Assembly (NCBI GenBank): GCA_965228855.1
Contig: CBDDIJ010000003.1
Span: 2,240,001-2,304,000 of the forward strand
Source: Candidatus Obscuribacterales bacterium
GTDB taxonomy: Bacteria > Cyanobacteriota > Vampirovibrionia > Obscuribacterales > Obscuribacteraceae
Direction: 5' to 3'
Length of the DNA: 64,000 bases
Made by a program: the position numbers and the translations under genes. Numbering within the stretch: position 1 is the first letter of the stretch; every line of letters starts with the position of its first letter. This document shows, piece after piece, positions 20,686 through 31,052 of the stretch. Below the pieces are notes generated by a model. The model made no database searches and was not told the DNA's origin. It saw only the letters and a program-made list of their open reading frames with translations.

Positions 20686-22074
20686 CTATCGACGCAAACC
20701 GCTCAACTCGAGTGCATCCTGTTTGTTGAAGATTTGCCGTCCGCGCACGAAAGTAGCTTCGACTACCCGGTCGTCGCCCAGAAAGACCAGCGCAGACAAT
20801 ATCTCGTCGGTTGGTTTCGACAGGATGTCGTCGATAATTCCGGTTCGATGAGTCGGGTCGACAACCACAAAATCAGCTTCCTTCCCCTCATCCAGACTGC
20901 CAATCTTTTCTTCGAGACCCAGAGCAACTGCACCGCCAAGAGTGGCACGATACAGTAGCTCGCTGGGATAAAGCCACTCATCGGGCTGAATGTAGTTCGC
21001 ATCCTTCATAACGCAAAAGAGAGACATCTGCGGTCCGGCAGCGACATCGGAGCCGATGCCAAACCGAATCCCCTTCTTCTCGACACGACGGTAGCCGAAA
21101 ACCCCACTCTTCAAAAAGAAATTCGAGCTCGGGCAATGCGACAACGATGAATCGGTTTCCTTCAAGACATCAAGATCTTGGTCGTCCAGATGAATCGCGT
21201 GCGCGAGAATGTTATTTCTCGCGAGCAGACCATGCTGATGGTAAACCTCAACGTAAGTGCGAGCTTTCGGAAAGAGCTCCTTCACGAAATCAATTTCTTC
21301 ATGTGATTCGGCAAGATGAGTATGCATGTAAGTGCCAGGCTTCGAATGCCACAACTTTCCCGACTCAGACATCAATTCGCTGGTGGAGGTCACCGCAAAA
21401 CGCGGCGTGAAGGCGTACAGCAATCGACCGTCGTCATGTCCATGCCACTTTTCGCAGAGCTCCAACGAGCCCTGTAGACTGTCGCTCAAATTCTCAGTGA
21501 GCGCCGGAGGCGAATTGGTGTTCATCATCACCTTGCCCATAATGGCCCGACAACCGACACTATTTGCGACTTCAAAAGCTATATCGGTAGCCTGTTTGTG
21601 AATGGTGCTGAATACGACACCGAGTGTGGTGCCGTTTCGAACCATTTCGTCGAAAAACCAGGTAGCAATTTTCAAAGCATAGTTAGGGTCGGCGCAACGA
21701 GCTTCGGAAGGAAATACAAAGCGCTCCAACCACTTCATCAGATGCTCGCCGGACTTGCCGGTGACTGTGACCTGAGGAAGGTGTAGATGAGTATCAATAA
21801 GACCTGGCAAGATAATTTTGTCGCCAAAATTATGAATCTCTTTCAAGTTGCTGTGCCGGTCGAACTCCGCCCACAGTCCGCAAAAAACAATCTTGCCGCG
21901 ATCGTCTACAATGAGAACTCCGTCGCGAATGTCATTCAACTCACCGTTTATCTTCGGCGATATGACGTGACCTCGGTAGGCAGTCAGTTCCTTCGATTGA
22001 TTTACTGCATGCATCTCAGAGAATCCAATCCATTTGCGCGCTCTCTCAGCAGCCGTTCTCAAGTAGATAACCAT
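20686..22074 (-). CDS. guaD: Guanine deaminase
   Basis: PGLIDTHLHLPQ, WL..FVFPSE, NGTT, TPRFA, HTHLAES, HCPSSN..L.SG, GSDVAAG; adjacent to hpt. Confidence 0.92.
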   Translation of the reverse strand: MVIYLRTAAERARKWIGFSEMHAVNQSKELTAYRGHVISPKINGELNDIRDGVLIVDDRGKIVFCGLWAEFDRHSNLKEIHNFGDKIILPGLIDTHLHLPQVTVTGKSGEHLMKWLERFVFPSEARCADPNYALKIATWFFDEMVRNGTTLGVVFSTIHKQATDIAFEVANSVGCRAIMGKVMMNTNSPPALTENLSDSLQGSLELCEKWHGHDDGRLLYAFTPRFAVTSTSELMSESGKLWHSKPGTYMHTHLAESHEEIDFVKELFPKARTYVEVYHQHGLLARNNILAHAIHLDDQDLDVLKETDSSLSHCPSSNFFLKSGVFGYRRVEKKGIRFGIGSDVAAGPQMSLFCVMKDANYIQPDEWLYPSELLYRATLGGAVALGLEEKIGSLDEGKEADFVVVDPTHRTGIIDDILSKPTDEILSALVFLGDDRVVEATFVRGRQIFNKQDALELSGLRR

Positions 22075-22153
22075 CTATGCAAAATACGGCAGCGATAAGA
22101 TTTTAAACCAAGTCGACTATTTTCACCTCTTTCTCCTCCGCGGCGACGCATTC

Positions 22154-23269
22154 ATGATGAAAAAAAAGCTCGAAATTGCTGACTGGTGCGATGTTCAGCG
22201 AGTTCTGAAAGAAACCTACGAAATCTGGTCGCCGGGTCTCAGCCGAGACCAGTACCATGAGTTTGTCGAAATGCAGATGTCTCATCCCTGGAGTAAGAGA
22301 AACTACTCTTACTTGATCCTGCGCGACAAAAGGAATTCGGCGACGCCTGCATCCAGTATGAAGTATTACAACCTCAAGTTTCAGAGTCATAGTAAACAAT
22401 ACAAATTTGCAGGCTTCGGAGCGATCTATACGCGAAAAGACTTGCGGGGCGAAGGCTACGCCACTGAGATGATCAAGCAGGCTCTCGACCGAGCCTGGTA
22501 CGACGGTTGTCACGGCGCGTTGCTTTTCTCCGATATTGGCGTTGATTATTACGCGCGCATCGGTTTCTTCGACTTGAATAATGAACGTTTCGTTCTGCAG
22601 CTCAATCCGGCGCATCAAGGCTCCGAAGTCCATGTCCCAATCGATTGGACCACAGAAGCACCTGATATCACAGGCGATACCACGGAGTGGAGCAGTTGTT
22701 ACCGCATTGAAAGCAACCTTATTCGTACGCGTTATCTCACGACCTCGCCCGGTCAACTCGAGTACATAGAGAGGCACTACAGGCGATGGCTGCGAAAACA
22801 ATCTTTCGGCGTCGCAAGAAGCAGAGATTACCTGCACTTCAAAATAATGCGCGAGAATTATCTGGCCAGGTTTTCCAGAACTTCCTGGCCGAAACTGGAA
22901 TTACTGACCGTCGATCACAGCTCGGCGTCAGGATATGCAATTCTCGAGTATGGCGGTCGCGTCTTGCGAATTCTCGAATTGGTTGGCGATGAAAATACAC
23001 GCCGCTTGCTCTGGAAGGGCGTGGTCGCCAGGGCGCGAGAACTCGAAGCAGTGCGGATAGCCGGGTGGGAAGCGATACTAGCTGACTTTGCGCCGGGTTT
23101 CTCCCTAAATCAGCTTGATTCAATCGACGCGTCACTCGCAAACAGTTTTCAATCCCTGATGTTTGCAGAAAAGAAAAAGGGGCGAGCTATGATTCTGCCG
23201 CTCAAAGATGACATCGAAGATTGGTTGACAGTGTGTCCTTGTCCCCTGCTTGAGATTGATCATTTATAG
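22154..23269 (+). CDS. GNAT family N-acetyltransferase
   Basis: GAIYT..DLRGEGYA (motif A) and LFSDIG..YYARIGF. Confidence 0.85.
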   Translation: MMKKKLEIADWCDVQRVLKETYEIWSPGLSRDQYHEFVEMQMSHPWSKRNYSYLILRDKRNSATPASSMKYYNLKFQSHSKQYKFAGFGAIYTRKDLRGEGYATEMIKQALDRAWYDGCHGALLFSDIGVDYYARIGFFDLNNERFVLQLNPAHQGSEVHVPIDWTTEAPDITGDTTEWSSCYRIESNLIRTRYLTTSPGQLEYIERHYRRWLRKQSFGVARSRDYLHFKIMRENYLARFSRTSWPKLELLTVDHSSASGYAILEYGGRVLRILELVGDENTRRLLWKGVVARARELEAVRIAGWEAILADFAPGFSLNQLDSIDASLANSFQSLMFAEKKKGRAMILPLKDDIEDWLTVCPCPLLEIDHL

Positions 23270-23374
23270 ATGCAGCTCGGTCGTTCGATTAGGTTTGCTG
23301 ATTTACCGACCGGGTCGGGTCGATTAGACTATACTCGTGTTAAACAGTTTTCCTAACAGCCTTTACCAAAGAAC

Positions 23375-25063
23375 ATGACAACCGCACAATCGCGTAAATC
23401 GCTAACTGTCCATCAGGTGCTTGATCAGCTTCGAGTGGAAGGAGTCAGGTATCTGTTCGGCTCCGTGAGTTCGTCCGACTCGCCAATCTCAGCAAGCGTA
23501 ATGGCGCTTCGAGGCAAGGAAGGCGAGAACATACACTTCTTGGGTTCCGTCCATGAAGCTTCGGCGGTGTTCATGGCGTCCGGTTACGCCCAGGCGACCT
23601 CACTGCCCGGCGTTGTCAACATAGCCAGCGGTCATCTTTTGAATGCGGTCCCTGCGATATACGCGGCCAATCGATCGCAAATCCCACTCGTCATTCTGGC
23701 CGACCAGGAAGACTCGCATATCATCAACGATGAGCCGCCCCTGACCGTCGAACATCATTTGACGGTGCGCACCATCGCTAAGTGGATGGCGGAAGCACGT
23801 ACCGCCCGCGAAATTGGACGACTTATGAGACGCGCGTTCCATGAGGCTCTTTCGCCTCCGAAGGGACCTGTCGTTCTTTCCATACCTATAAACCTTTTAT
23901 TGTCGACGGCTAAATCCCAGGTGATTAGACCACCTCTGACGAGCCCGCTGGGAACAGCCGATCAAAACTTCGTCAGCAAAGTAGTCGGACACCTCGTCCG
24001 CGCTGAGAATCCAGCGATCATCGCCGGCAATGAGGTTTCGCAATACCGCGCCCGCCGAGACACCGTGCTGATGTCGGAGGTGCTGGGCTGCCCGGTGTAC
24101 TGCGAAGCAGCTCCCATCGGTGTCAACTTCCCAAACCGTCACCCGCATTTCGCCGGAGTTTTGCCCCAGGATGTTGATGCAGCGCACGAGCGCCTGAAAG
24201 CTCATGACCTCATTTTGGCTCTTGGTGTCCAGAATCGATTGCCGAATAGAAGTGAGGGACCGTCGATGGTTCCTGACACCGGCACAATCATTCAAATAAA
24301 TATGGATGGCCGATTGGCCGGCATGACGTTCCGCTCGACGATGGCTACACAGGCGGATATTTCGGAAACCCTGTCTCGCATTCGCGCTGAAATGCAACTT
24401 GCTGTAGACAACGATTGGTTATCGAAATCTAAGGTCAGGACCCGAAATACGATAACCGGAATTGCCGAACTGCGACACCATCAAGAAGAATCTTTGCTTT
24501 ATCCCAATCCTGCAAAACCGACCAGCTTGTTCTGGCTAATGCGCCTGCTCGAAGGCATCAGACCGCCAAAGTCAGTCGTAGTCTCGGATATCATCCATGC
24601 GAATGCCATGCCGTTTGAGATTCTCAGCTTAGAGAGCGGCTCTTCCTTCTTTTCAAGCAACAGCGGGGTAAACGGTTTTGCATCCGGAGCCGCATGCGGT
24701 GTTCAATTTGCCGGTCTCGACATTCCGATCATCTGCCTCACCGGCGATGAGTCATTCCTTGGATACCCGCAGACACTCTGGACCGCAAGACATTATGGAT
24801 TAAACACAAAATTCGTAATCGCCAATACGCAGAGCCGAGCCCGGCTCAACATGCTGCCTTCGGCGCCCACCCGCCGACCACCGCGCTTTGAGCTCACGCG
24901 TCCGGAAATCTCCTTAACCCGCCTGGCGGCTTCCATGGACGTGCCGGCATTTCAAGTTCAGCAATTCAGCGACCTGGAGCCGGCGCTCGTCAAACTATTC
25001 TCCGAGCCAGGTCCAGCACTTATTGATGTATTGATCGATCCTGAATCGTACCTGGGAAGCTGA
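23375..25063 (+). CDS. Thiamine-diphosphate-binding enzyme (benzoylformate decarboxylase/acetolactate synthase-like)
   Basis: GVRYLFG, HEASAVFMASGYA, PKGPVVLSIP, GDESF...N and GPALIDV motifs. Confidence 0.85.
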   Translation: MTTAQSRKSLTVHQVLDQLRVEGVRYLFGSVSSSDSPISASVMALRGKEGENIHFLGSVHEASAVFMASGYAQATSLPGVVNIASGHLLNAVPAIYAANRSQIPLVILADQEDSHIINDEPPLTVEHHLTVRTIAKWMAEARTAREIGRLMRRAFHEALSPPKGPVVLSIPINLLLSTAKSQVIRPPLTSPLGTADQNFVSKVVGHLVRAENPAIIAGNEVSQYRARRDTVLMSEVLGCPVYCEAAPIGVNFPNRHPHFAGVLPQDVDAAHERLKAHDLILALGVQNRLPNRSEGPSMVPDTGTIIQINMDGRLAGMTFRSTMATQADISETLSRIRAEMQLAVDNDWLSKSKVRTRNTITGIAELRHHQEESLLYPNPAKPTSLFWLMRLLEGIRPPKSVVVSDIIHANAMPFEILSLESGSSFFSSNSGVNGFASGAACGVQFAGLDIPIICLTGDESFLGYPQTLWTARHYGLNTKFVIANTQSRARLNMLPSAPTRRPPRFELTRPEISLTRLAASMDVPAFQVQQFSDLEPALVKLFSEPGPALIDVLIDPESYLGS

Positions 25064-25331
25064 TTACAACACGTTTTCTGGTTCGGGACAGGCGAAAAGG
25101 TTTCCTACCTGACAGTTTTGAAAATTAGATTTTGAAAATGTCGAGCAGTACCCACTTTCGCACTGCTTGCGGTCCCGCTTGACAATATTATTGCAATTAA
25201 AGCTCAAGAACCTTATCGAAATCGGTATGGAACCCAATATCCGAGCGGTCACTTGATAAACTTTAAAACCGTAGTGGGCAACAAATCGCCAGGTATTTAT
25301 CGTGAAAACTCTAGCAAGAGATAGCAAAGAC

Positions 25332-27134
25332 ATGACCGAGGACAAGAAGCTCATCGTAAATGACTTCTCGATCCACGTAGCAACGGTCAACGGCTCGGGG
25401 AGCCAATCCTCAAACACAGTGCTCTTGAGATCAATATTTCAAATGGGCATTCCAGTAAGCGGCAAAAACCTCTTCCCATCGAACATCATGGGATTGCCGA
25501 CCTGGTTCACCATTCGTGTAAACAAAGACGGCTACATCGCTCGTAAAAAAGAGGTCGATATTCTTGTCGCCATGAACCCGCAAACGGCGATTGAAGACGT
25601 TAAAGAATTGCGTCCGGGCACCGTTTGCGTCAGCCCCATCGAACTTAGCCTCGACAAAATTCGCGACGACGTTAAGCACTATCAAGTGCCGTTCGGCGAG
25701 CTTGCCAGCCAGGCCACCGACAACGTCAAGTTGAAAAAGCTTGTGACCAACATCATCTACGTAGGCGTTGTAGCGGAGCTGCTCGAAATCGATCAAGCAG
25801 AAATCGACAGAGCTATCGAAGCGCAATTCGAAGGCAAGCAAAAGGCGATCGACCTCAACAAAAAAGCGGCAATGATTGGTCGCGAGTGGGCGAAAGAAAA
25901 CCTCAAAAAGGCTGACCCTTACAGAGTCGAGCGTCTCGATTTGACCAAGGGCAAAATCATCATCGACGGCAACCAGGCTGCAGCTATCGGCTGCATGATG
26001 GCCGGCGTGTCGGCGGTTACCTGGTATCCGATCACACCATCGTCCAGCCTCTGCGAATACTTGATCGATTATCTCCACAAATACCGCGTAGACAAAGATG
26101 GCAAAAACACATTCGCCGTCGTCCAGGCGGAAGATGAACTTGCTGCAGTAGGAATGGCTATCGGAGCAGGTTGGGCAGGTGCTCGCTCGATGACATCGAC
26201 CTCGGGTCCCGGCATCTCGTTGATGTCCGAATTCTGCGGATTCGCTTACTTCACCGAGATTCCAGTTGTAATCTTCGATGTTCAGCGCGTCGGTCCGTCG
26301 ACCGGTCTGCCGACACGAACATCGCAAGCAGACTTGCTCTCCACATACTTCCTCTCACACGGCGACACCAAGCATGTCGTGCTGCTTCCGAATTCGGTGG
26401 GCGAGTGCTACGAATTTGCGATGGCCGCATTCGACCTCGCGGAGCGCCTCCAACAGCCGGTCTTCGTTCTTACCGATCTCGACATCGGCATGAACAACTG
26501 GATGTCGGATCCGTTTGTCTATCCTGAAAAACCTTTCGATCGCGGCAAAGTTCTCAACGCAGAACAGCTCGAAAAGGCAGGCGGTTTCGCCCGATACAAA
26601 GACGTCGACGGCGACGGTATCGCTTACCGCACTCTTCCGGGAACGGAACATCCCAAAGCCGGTTACTTCGTTCGCGGTTCCGGTCACAACGAAAACGCCG
26701 CATACAGTGAGCGTCCTGAAGACTATGTCAAACTCATGGATCGCTTGCTGAAGAAGCTTGAAACTGCAAAGCAATATGTGCCTCAACCAGTGATCGAGCA
26801 GAACAAAGATGCGAAAGTCGGCATCCTCGCCTTCGGTTCGACCCACTGGGCAATTGAAGAAACGAGAGATCAACTTTCTCGCGAAGCAAAATTGCCGACC
26901 AGCTATTGCAGAGTGAGATCGTTGCCCTTCACCGAAGGCGTTCAAAAGTTTGTCGAAGACCACGACCACGTGTACGTCGTCGAACAAAACCGCGACGGTC
27001 AAATGCTCGACCTGCTCCGCCTGGAGATGCCGCAACTCGCGACCAAGCTGAGATCGGTCAAACACTACAACGGTCTACCCGTTGATGCAGAATCATTTAC
27101 GACCCAAATTCTTGAACAGGAGAAGAACGTTTAA
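25332..27134 (+). CDS. korA: 2-oxoacid:ferredoxin oxidoreductase subunit alpha
   Basis: NGSGSQ, PSNIMG.PT, YPITPSS, QAEDE.AA, TSGPG and QRVGPSTGLPT motifs. Confidence 0.93.
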   Translation: MTEDKKLIVNDFSIHVATVNGSGSQSSNTVLLRSIFQMGIPVSGKNLFPSNIMGLPTWFTIRVNKDGYIARKKEVDILVAMNPQTAIEDVKELRPGTVCVSPIELSLDKIRDDVKHYQVPFGELASQATDNVKLKKLVTNIIYVGVVAELLEIDQAEIDRAIEAQFEGKQKAIDLNKKAAMIGREWAKENLKKADPYRVERLDLTKGKIIIDGNQAAAIGCMMAGVSAVTWYPITPSSSLCEYLIDYLHKYRVDKDGKNTFAVVQAEDELAAVGMAIGAGWAGARSMTSTSGPGISLMSEFCGFAYFTEIPVVIFDVQRVGPSTGLPTRTSQADLLSTYFLSHGDTKHVVLLPNSVGECYEFAMAAFDLAERLQQPVFVLTDLDIGMNNWMSDPFVYPEKPFDRGKVLNAEQLEKAGGFARYKDVDGDGIAYRTLPGTEHPKAGYFVRGSGHNENAAYSERPEDYVKLMDRLLKKLETAKQYVPQPVIEQNKDAKVGILAFGSTHWAIEETRDQLSREAKLPTSYCRVRSLPFTEGVQKFVEDHDHVYVVEQNRDGQMLDLLRLEMPQLATKLRSVKHYNGLPVDAESFTTQILEQEKNV

Positions 27135-27136
27135 TC

Positions 27137-28192
27137 ATGGTTGAAACAGCAACACCTTCTCCAGCACCGAAGGCACCCGCAACAAACAAATTGAACCTGA
27201 CGCTGGCCGACTATAAGGGTTCACCTTCCACACTATGCGATGGCTGCGGTCACGACGCCATCACAAGCCAGATCATCAAAGCGTTTTGGGAACTCTCAAT
27301 CGAGCCGCACCAGGTTGCAAAACTGAGTGGTATCGGTTGCTCATCAAAAACGCCCGCGTACTTCTTGAGTCGCGCTCACGGATTTAACTCCGTACACGGA
27401 CGCATGCCGTCCGTCGCGACCGGCACGCACATGGCTAACCACAAGCTGATCACAATCGGCGTCTCCGGCGACGGTGACACCGCTTCAATCGGTCTCGGTC
27501 AGTTTGGTCACTTGATTCGCCGCAACATTCCGATGGTTTACATCGTTGAAAACAACGGCGTTTACGGACTGACCAAAGGTCAATTCTCGGCGACCGCTGA
27601 CGTCGGTTCAACATTGAAAGATGGAACCGTCAACAGACAATCAGCGATCGACCTTTGCGGATTGGCTATTGAACTTGGTTGCGGTTTCGTAGCTCGTTCA
27701 TTCGCCGGTGACCCGAAACAGCTCGTCGCTCTAATCAAAGCCGCCCTCGCTCATGAAGGCACCGCATTGCTGGACGTAATCAGCCCCTGCGTGACCTTCA
27801 ACAACCACGAGGGTTCGACGAAGAGCTATAAGCACGCAAAAGAGATGGATCGCCCGCTCCACGAGCTAGGCTTCATTCCGTTCTACGAGCAAATCACAGT
27901 CGACTATGAACCGGGAACGGTCCAAGACGTCGAGATGCATGACGGCTCGCACTTGCGTTTGAAAAAACTCGGTCACGATTACGATCCGACCGACAGATTT
28001 GCAGCCGATAGAGCAATTCACCAATCTCACAAAGATGGCACTTTGCTTACCGGCTTGCTCTTCCACGATAAAGATCTGCCGAGCTGGACGCAACTCAACA
28101 ACCTTGTTGACCAGCCGCTCTCTAGACTCTCGCAGGAACAACTGAGACCGAAGAAAGAAGTTCTCGATGAGATCATGAAATCATTGACGTAA
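27137..28192 (+). CDS. korB: 2-oxoacid:ferredoxin oxidoreductase subunit beta
   Basis: LCDGCGH, SGIGCS, HGR, SGDGD..SIG, NNGVYGLTKGQ and SPCVTFN motifs. Confidence 0.93.
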   Translation: MVETATPSPAPKAPATNKLNLTLADYKGSPSTLCDGCGHDAITSQIIKAFWELSIEPHQVAKLSGIGCSSKTPAYFLSRAHGFNSVHGRMPSVATGTHMANHKLITIGVSGDGDTASIGLGQFGHLIRRNIPMVYIVENNGVYGLTKGQFSATADVGSTLKDGTVNRQSAIDLCGLAIELGCGFVARSFAGDPKQLVALIKAALAHEGTALLDVISPCVTFNNHEGSTKSYKHAKEMDRPLHELGFIPFYEQITVDYEPGTVQDVEMHDGSHLRLKKLGHDYDPTDRFAADRAIHQSHKDGTLLTGLLFHDKDLPSWTQLNNLVDQPLSRLSQEQLRPKKEVLDEIMKSLT

Positions 28193-28218
28193 TTTCGATC
28201 CGGAATTAAACCACTTGA

Positions 28219-28254
28219 GACGGGCTTGCTCTGCGGCAAGCCCGTTTTTTTTTT
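28219..28254 (+). terminator. Rho-independent terminator of korAB
   Basis: ACGGGCTTGC-TCTGCG-GCAAGCCCGT followed by a long T run. Confidence 0.9.
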
Positions 28255-28362
28255 GAAATTGGGAATGAGCACGAAACCAGATCCGCTGTCGCAGCGCTAC
28301 GGACTTCCAGCGAGATAATTTCTTACTCGTCGCAACCACAGGTGGTATTTAAAACTAAACCA

Positions 28363-29730
28363 TTAATGCGCTTCCAACAGCGGAGCCACTTTCGGCAAGC
28401 AGTGGTTCAATAAATACAACACGTCTTTATAGCGCTGTTTGTTGCAAGTAGCATCGTCGAACAAGCAGATTCGTTTCGACGTCCCATCTACCTCAAGTTT
28501 GTCAGTAAACAGGTCCGCCTCCTTCACGTCGTTGTACATAGAAACCATCCGGGCATCATCACCATAAACAGCCTTGCCTTCGACGAAAACAAGACTGATG
28601 TTCTTTGGCTCCGTCTTCAAAAGACTGACGAACGGATTTTGATCTAGCTTAGGAGCAAGGAAAAAATCACCTGCGAATCCCTTTTTCAGATGACCGAAGT
28701 GGTCTTCGAGACCAGCTGTTAGCGCGGCATCCGTCGTGACCATCTTGTATAAACGTTCAGGCGTGACGGGATTCTCGGCGCCCCAAGTTTTCTTGGCGTA
28801 GTCAAACGCAAACTTCATCTCGCCGAGCAAGTTGTCGGAACCGGAAATAGTCCAGTCCGGACTCAGTGCAACCGTGACGCCAGATTCGATGGCAGCAGGA
28901 ATATTTGTGGTTTGGTTGTACAGGCTTATATTGCTCCGAGGCGACCATGAAAGATACATCTTGTTGTCAGCCATCTCTTTGAACTCTGGCTTAGTAAGCG
29001 CGACTCCATGGATGACGACCATGCCGGGCGTGACCAGATTGTTGTCTCGCAAAACCTTGAATTCATTAATGCTAGCTGGGTCATCAGCGCGACCTTCGCC
29101 GATGTGCAAGAAAAAGCGTTTCAACTCTTTGCTTTTAAGCTTCGCGGCATTTGCTTGAAGTTTCTCATTGCCAATCTTAAGAATATTGTTGCTGGAATTC
29201 GCTACCAGACCGCCTGTCAGATTGCGGATTGGAAGCGAAGGTGGTTTCGTATAATAAGACGATTGGATCATAGTAGTACCGCCAATGATGGCACGAATCT
29301 CCGCGTACTTAATAGACGTCGACATCACGTCTCCTGATGCTTCCATGTTCGCTTTAAAAATGTCCACGACGTTATCGAAATATTCTTTGTTTTGCGGACT
29401 CTTGTTCTGCTCATCGTTCCACTGGTAGCGGTTTACGAAAAACGATTTCGGTTTCCACAATGGAATGGAGTTGTAGTGGACGTGATTGTGAGTATCAATC
29501 AAGCCAGGGTAAGCGTAGCCCTCATACTTCAGTTTTTTCGCAGAACTCGGGACGTCAGCCTCGGAAGTGAAGACATCAAGTATGGAATCGCCATTCTCCG
29601 AATCGATCAGCAACCAACAATTCGTCGCGCCGGTTTCGCTCACCACATCGGCATTGATTGCAAGAGGTTCCGCATGAGCCGCGGTTGCAATCAAGAGCCC
29701 CGCGACGGCTAAAGCAATCTGACTTTTCAT
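28363..29730 (-). CDS. Secreted metal-dependent amidohydrolase
   Basis: Start ATG 29730 with GGAGG RBS; signal peptide ending AAHA; PGLIDTHNH, HIGEG, IHGV, WSPRSN and SPDW motifs. Confidence 0.85.
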   Translation of the reverse strand: MKSQIALAVAGLLIATAAHAEPLAINADVVSETGATNCWLLIDSENGDSILDVFTSEADVPSSAKKLKYEGYAYPGLIDTHNHVHYNSIPLWKPKSFFVNRYQWNDEQNKSPQNKEYFDNVVDIFKANMEASGDVMSTSIKYAEIRAIIGGTTMIQSSYYTKPPSLPIRNLTGGLVANSSNNILKIGNEKLQANAAKLKSKELKRFFLHIGEGRADDPASINEFKVLRDNNLVTPGMVVIHGVALTKPEFKEMADNKMYLSWSPRSNISLYNQTTNIPAAIESGVTVALSPDWTISGSDNLLGEMKFAFDYAKKTWGAENPVTPERLYKMVTTDAALTAGLEDHFGHLKKGFAGDFFLAPKLDQNPFVSLLKTEPKNISLVFVEGKAVYGDDARMVSMYNDVKEADLFTDKLEVDGTSKRICLFDDATCNKQRYKDVLYLLNHCLPKVAPLLEAH

Positions 29731-29801
29731 TTCTACCTCCGGTCCCATTGAATTTCGCAAGCACGTTCTTGCTGAGCTTTCTGCTATCGCTAAAGGACGC
29801 T

Positions 29802-29825
29802 AACAACAACAACAACAACAACAAC
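29802..29825. repeat. (AAC)8 trinucleotide microsatellite
   Basis: Eight perfect AAC units in the intergenic region between two co-oriented genes. Confidence 0.95.
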
Positions 29826-29837
29826 AGACGAGATACG

Positions 29838-30995
29838 CTACAACAGACCTTCAAGCGCATAAAGCTCTCGACAGTTGCGATATAGAACTTTTTCAGCGAT
29901 AGCCTGAGCTTGCGCCAACGTCAGATAGTTCTCATCAATCAGATCGTTCAGCACCGACTGTAGTGCTTCCTTCATAATTACCGCACCGTACCAGTGCATC
30001 TCGGGCAGAGTATGTCCATCACTCCCAGCAAGAATTTTAGTCGCAGGCGCGATTGCTAAAGTTTCGCGCACGAAGTTTTTCACCATCGCGGATACGAGAA
30101 TGACTGACAACGATAAATCCATATAGCAGTTTGGAAAAACGGAACAAAGATATGCCGCCTCGCGGTGATATGGATAGCAATGAAGGAAGACGAATTTGCA
30201 TGAAGCAAACCGTTTATCCTTCACTATTGGCGTCATGACGGTAGGGTTCGCCTCATGCAATACGAGGTCTGCGTCACCAATGCCGGTGTGAATTTGGATG
30301 GGCAATTTCGAATGTGCGGCAAGTTGAAACGCGTTAAGGAGCAAGTAATGATACAGGGGAGACGCGGATATTCGAAAATCCTTCTTGTCATTTTTCGAAG
30401 CAGCTTCAATCTGCCTTCTGGTCTCTGAGAAACTTTCTTTAGCAGCCTGCAAATCGATTTCCGGTTCTCTGGGCAAACCGCCGCGGTAAGCAGCTATTGT
30501 TTTAAACCCAACTGGAAGCGACTCTTTGAATGAATGCATTTCGAGTTGCAAATGATTTATAAGGTCTTGAAACGAATCGTGTTCGCAAATCAAGCGCTCG
30601 AAAACAGATTCAAGGCGAACAATTTTGAACACCGGACGTCCGCAAACTTTTGCTACTTCATTGACCGACATGGACGCTTCCGAATTGAATCCATCATCAA
30701 TAAGCAATCCGCCAATAGAGGCGTCGTCCCAGAGTTCATTCACGTAATCCGAAGCGGAAAGCGCCTGTCGCGCCTCGACAAGTTGCTCGTCGGTTTCGAA
30801 CCGGAGATAGTCCTTAAGGCGCTCGCGCATGTTCATATAATGCAAACTATGTGGCACATGGTTTTCTATCATTGACAGCGAGTTAGACTCACTGAATGTT
30901 CGCCGAAAACCAACAACATCGACTTCCAGATGCCGCCTTAAAATGGAATGCGCATGGTGGTCGATAAAGACACTTTTGCTGATATCGAGTTTCAC
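29838..30995 (-). CDS. Amidohydrolase_2 family protein (FluG/NodGS N-domain-like)
   Basis: IDHHAH, LLIDDG, FKTIAAYRGGL, QIHTG.GD, LHCYPY and GSDGH..PE motifs. Confidence 0.88.
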   Translation of the reverse strand: MKLDISKSVFIDHHAHSILRRHLEVDVVGFRRTFSESNSLSMIENHVPHSLHYMNMRERLKDYLRFETDEQLVEARQALSASDYVNELWDDASIGGLLIDDGFNSEASMSVNEVAKVCGRPVFKIVRLESVFERLICEHDSFQDLINHLQLEMHSFKESLPVGFKTIAAYRGGLPREPEIDLQAAKESFSETRRQIEAASKNDKKDFRISASPLYHYLLLNAFQLAAHSKLPIQIHTGIGDADLVLHEANPTVMTPIVKDKRFASCKFVFLHCYPYHREAAYLCSVFPNCYMDLSLSVILVSAMVKNFVRETLAIAPATKILAGSDGHTLPEMHWYGAVIMKEALQSVLNDLIDENYLTLAQAQAIAEKVLYRNCRELYALEGLL

Positions 30996-31052
30996 GCGGA
31001 TAACCTCGCTAAACTAGACGAACTGGCTAGTACTGGAAGTGGTGCACGCATC

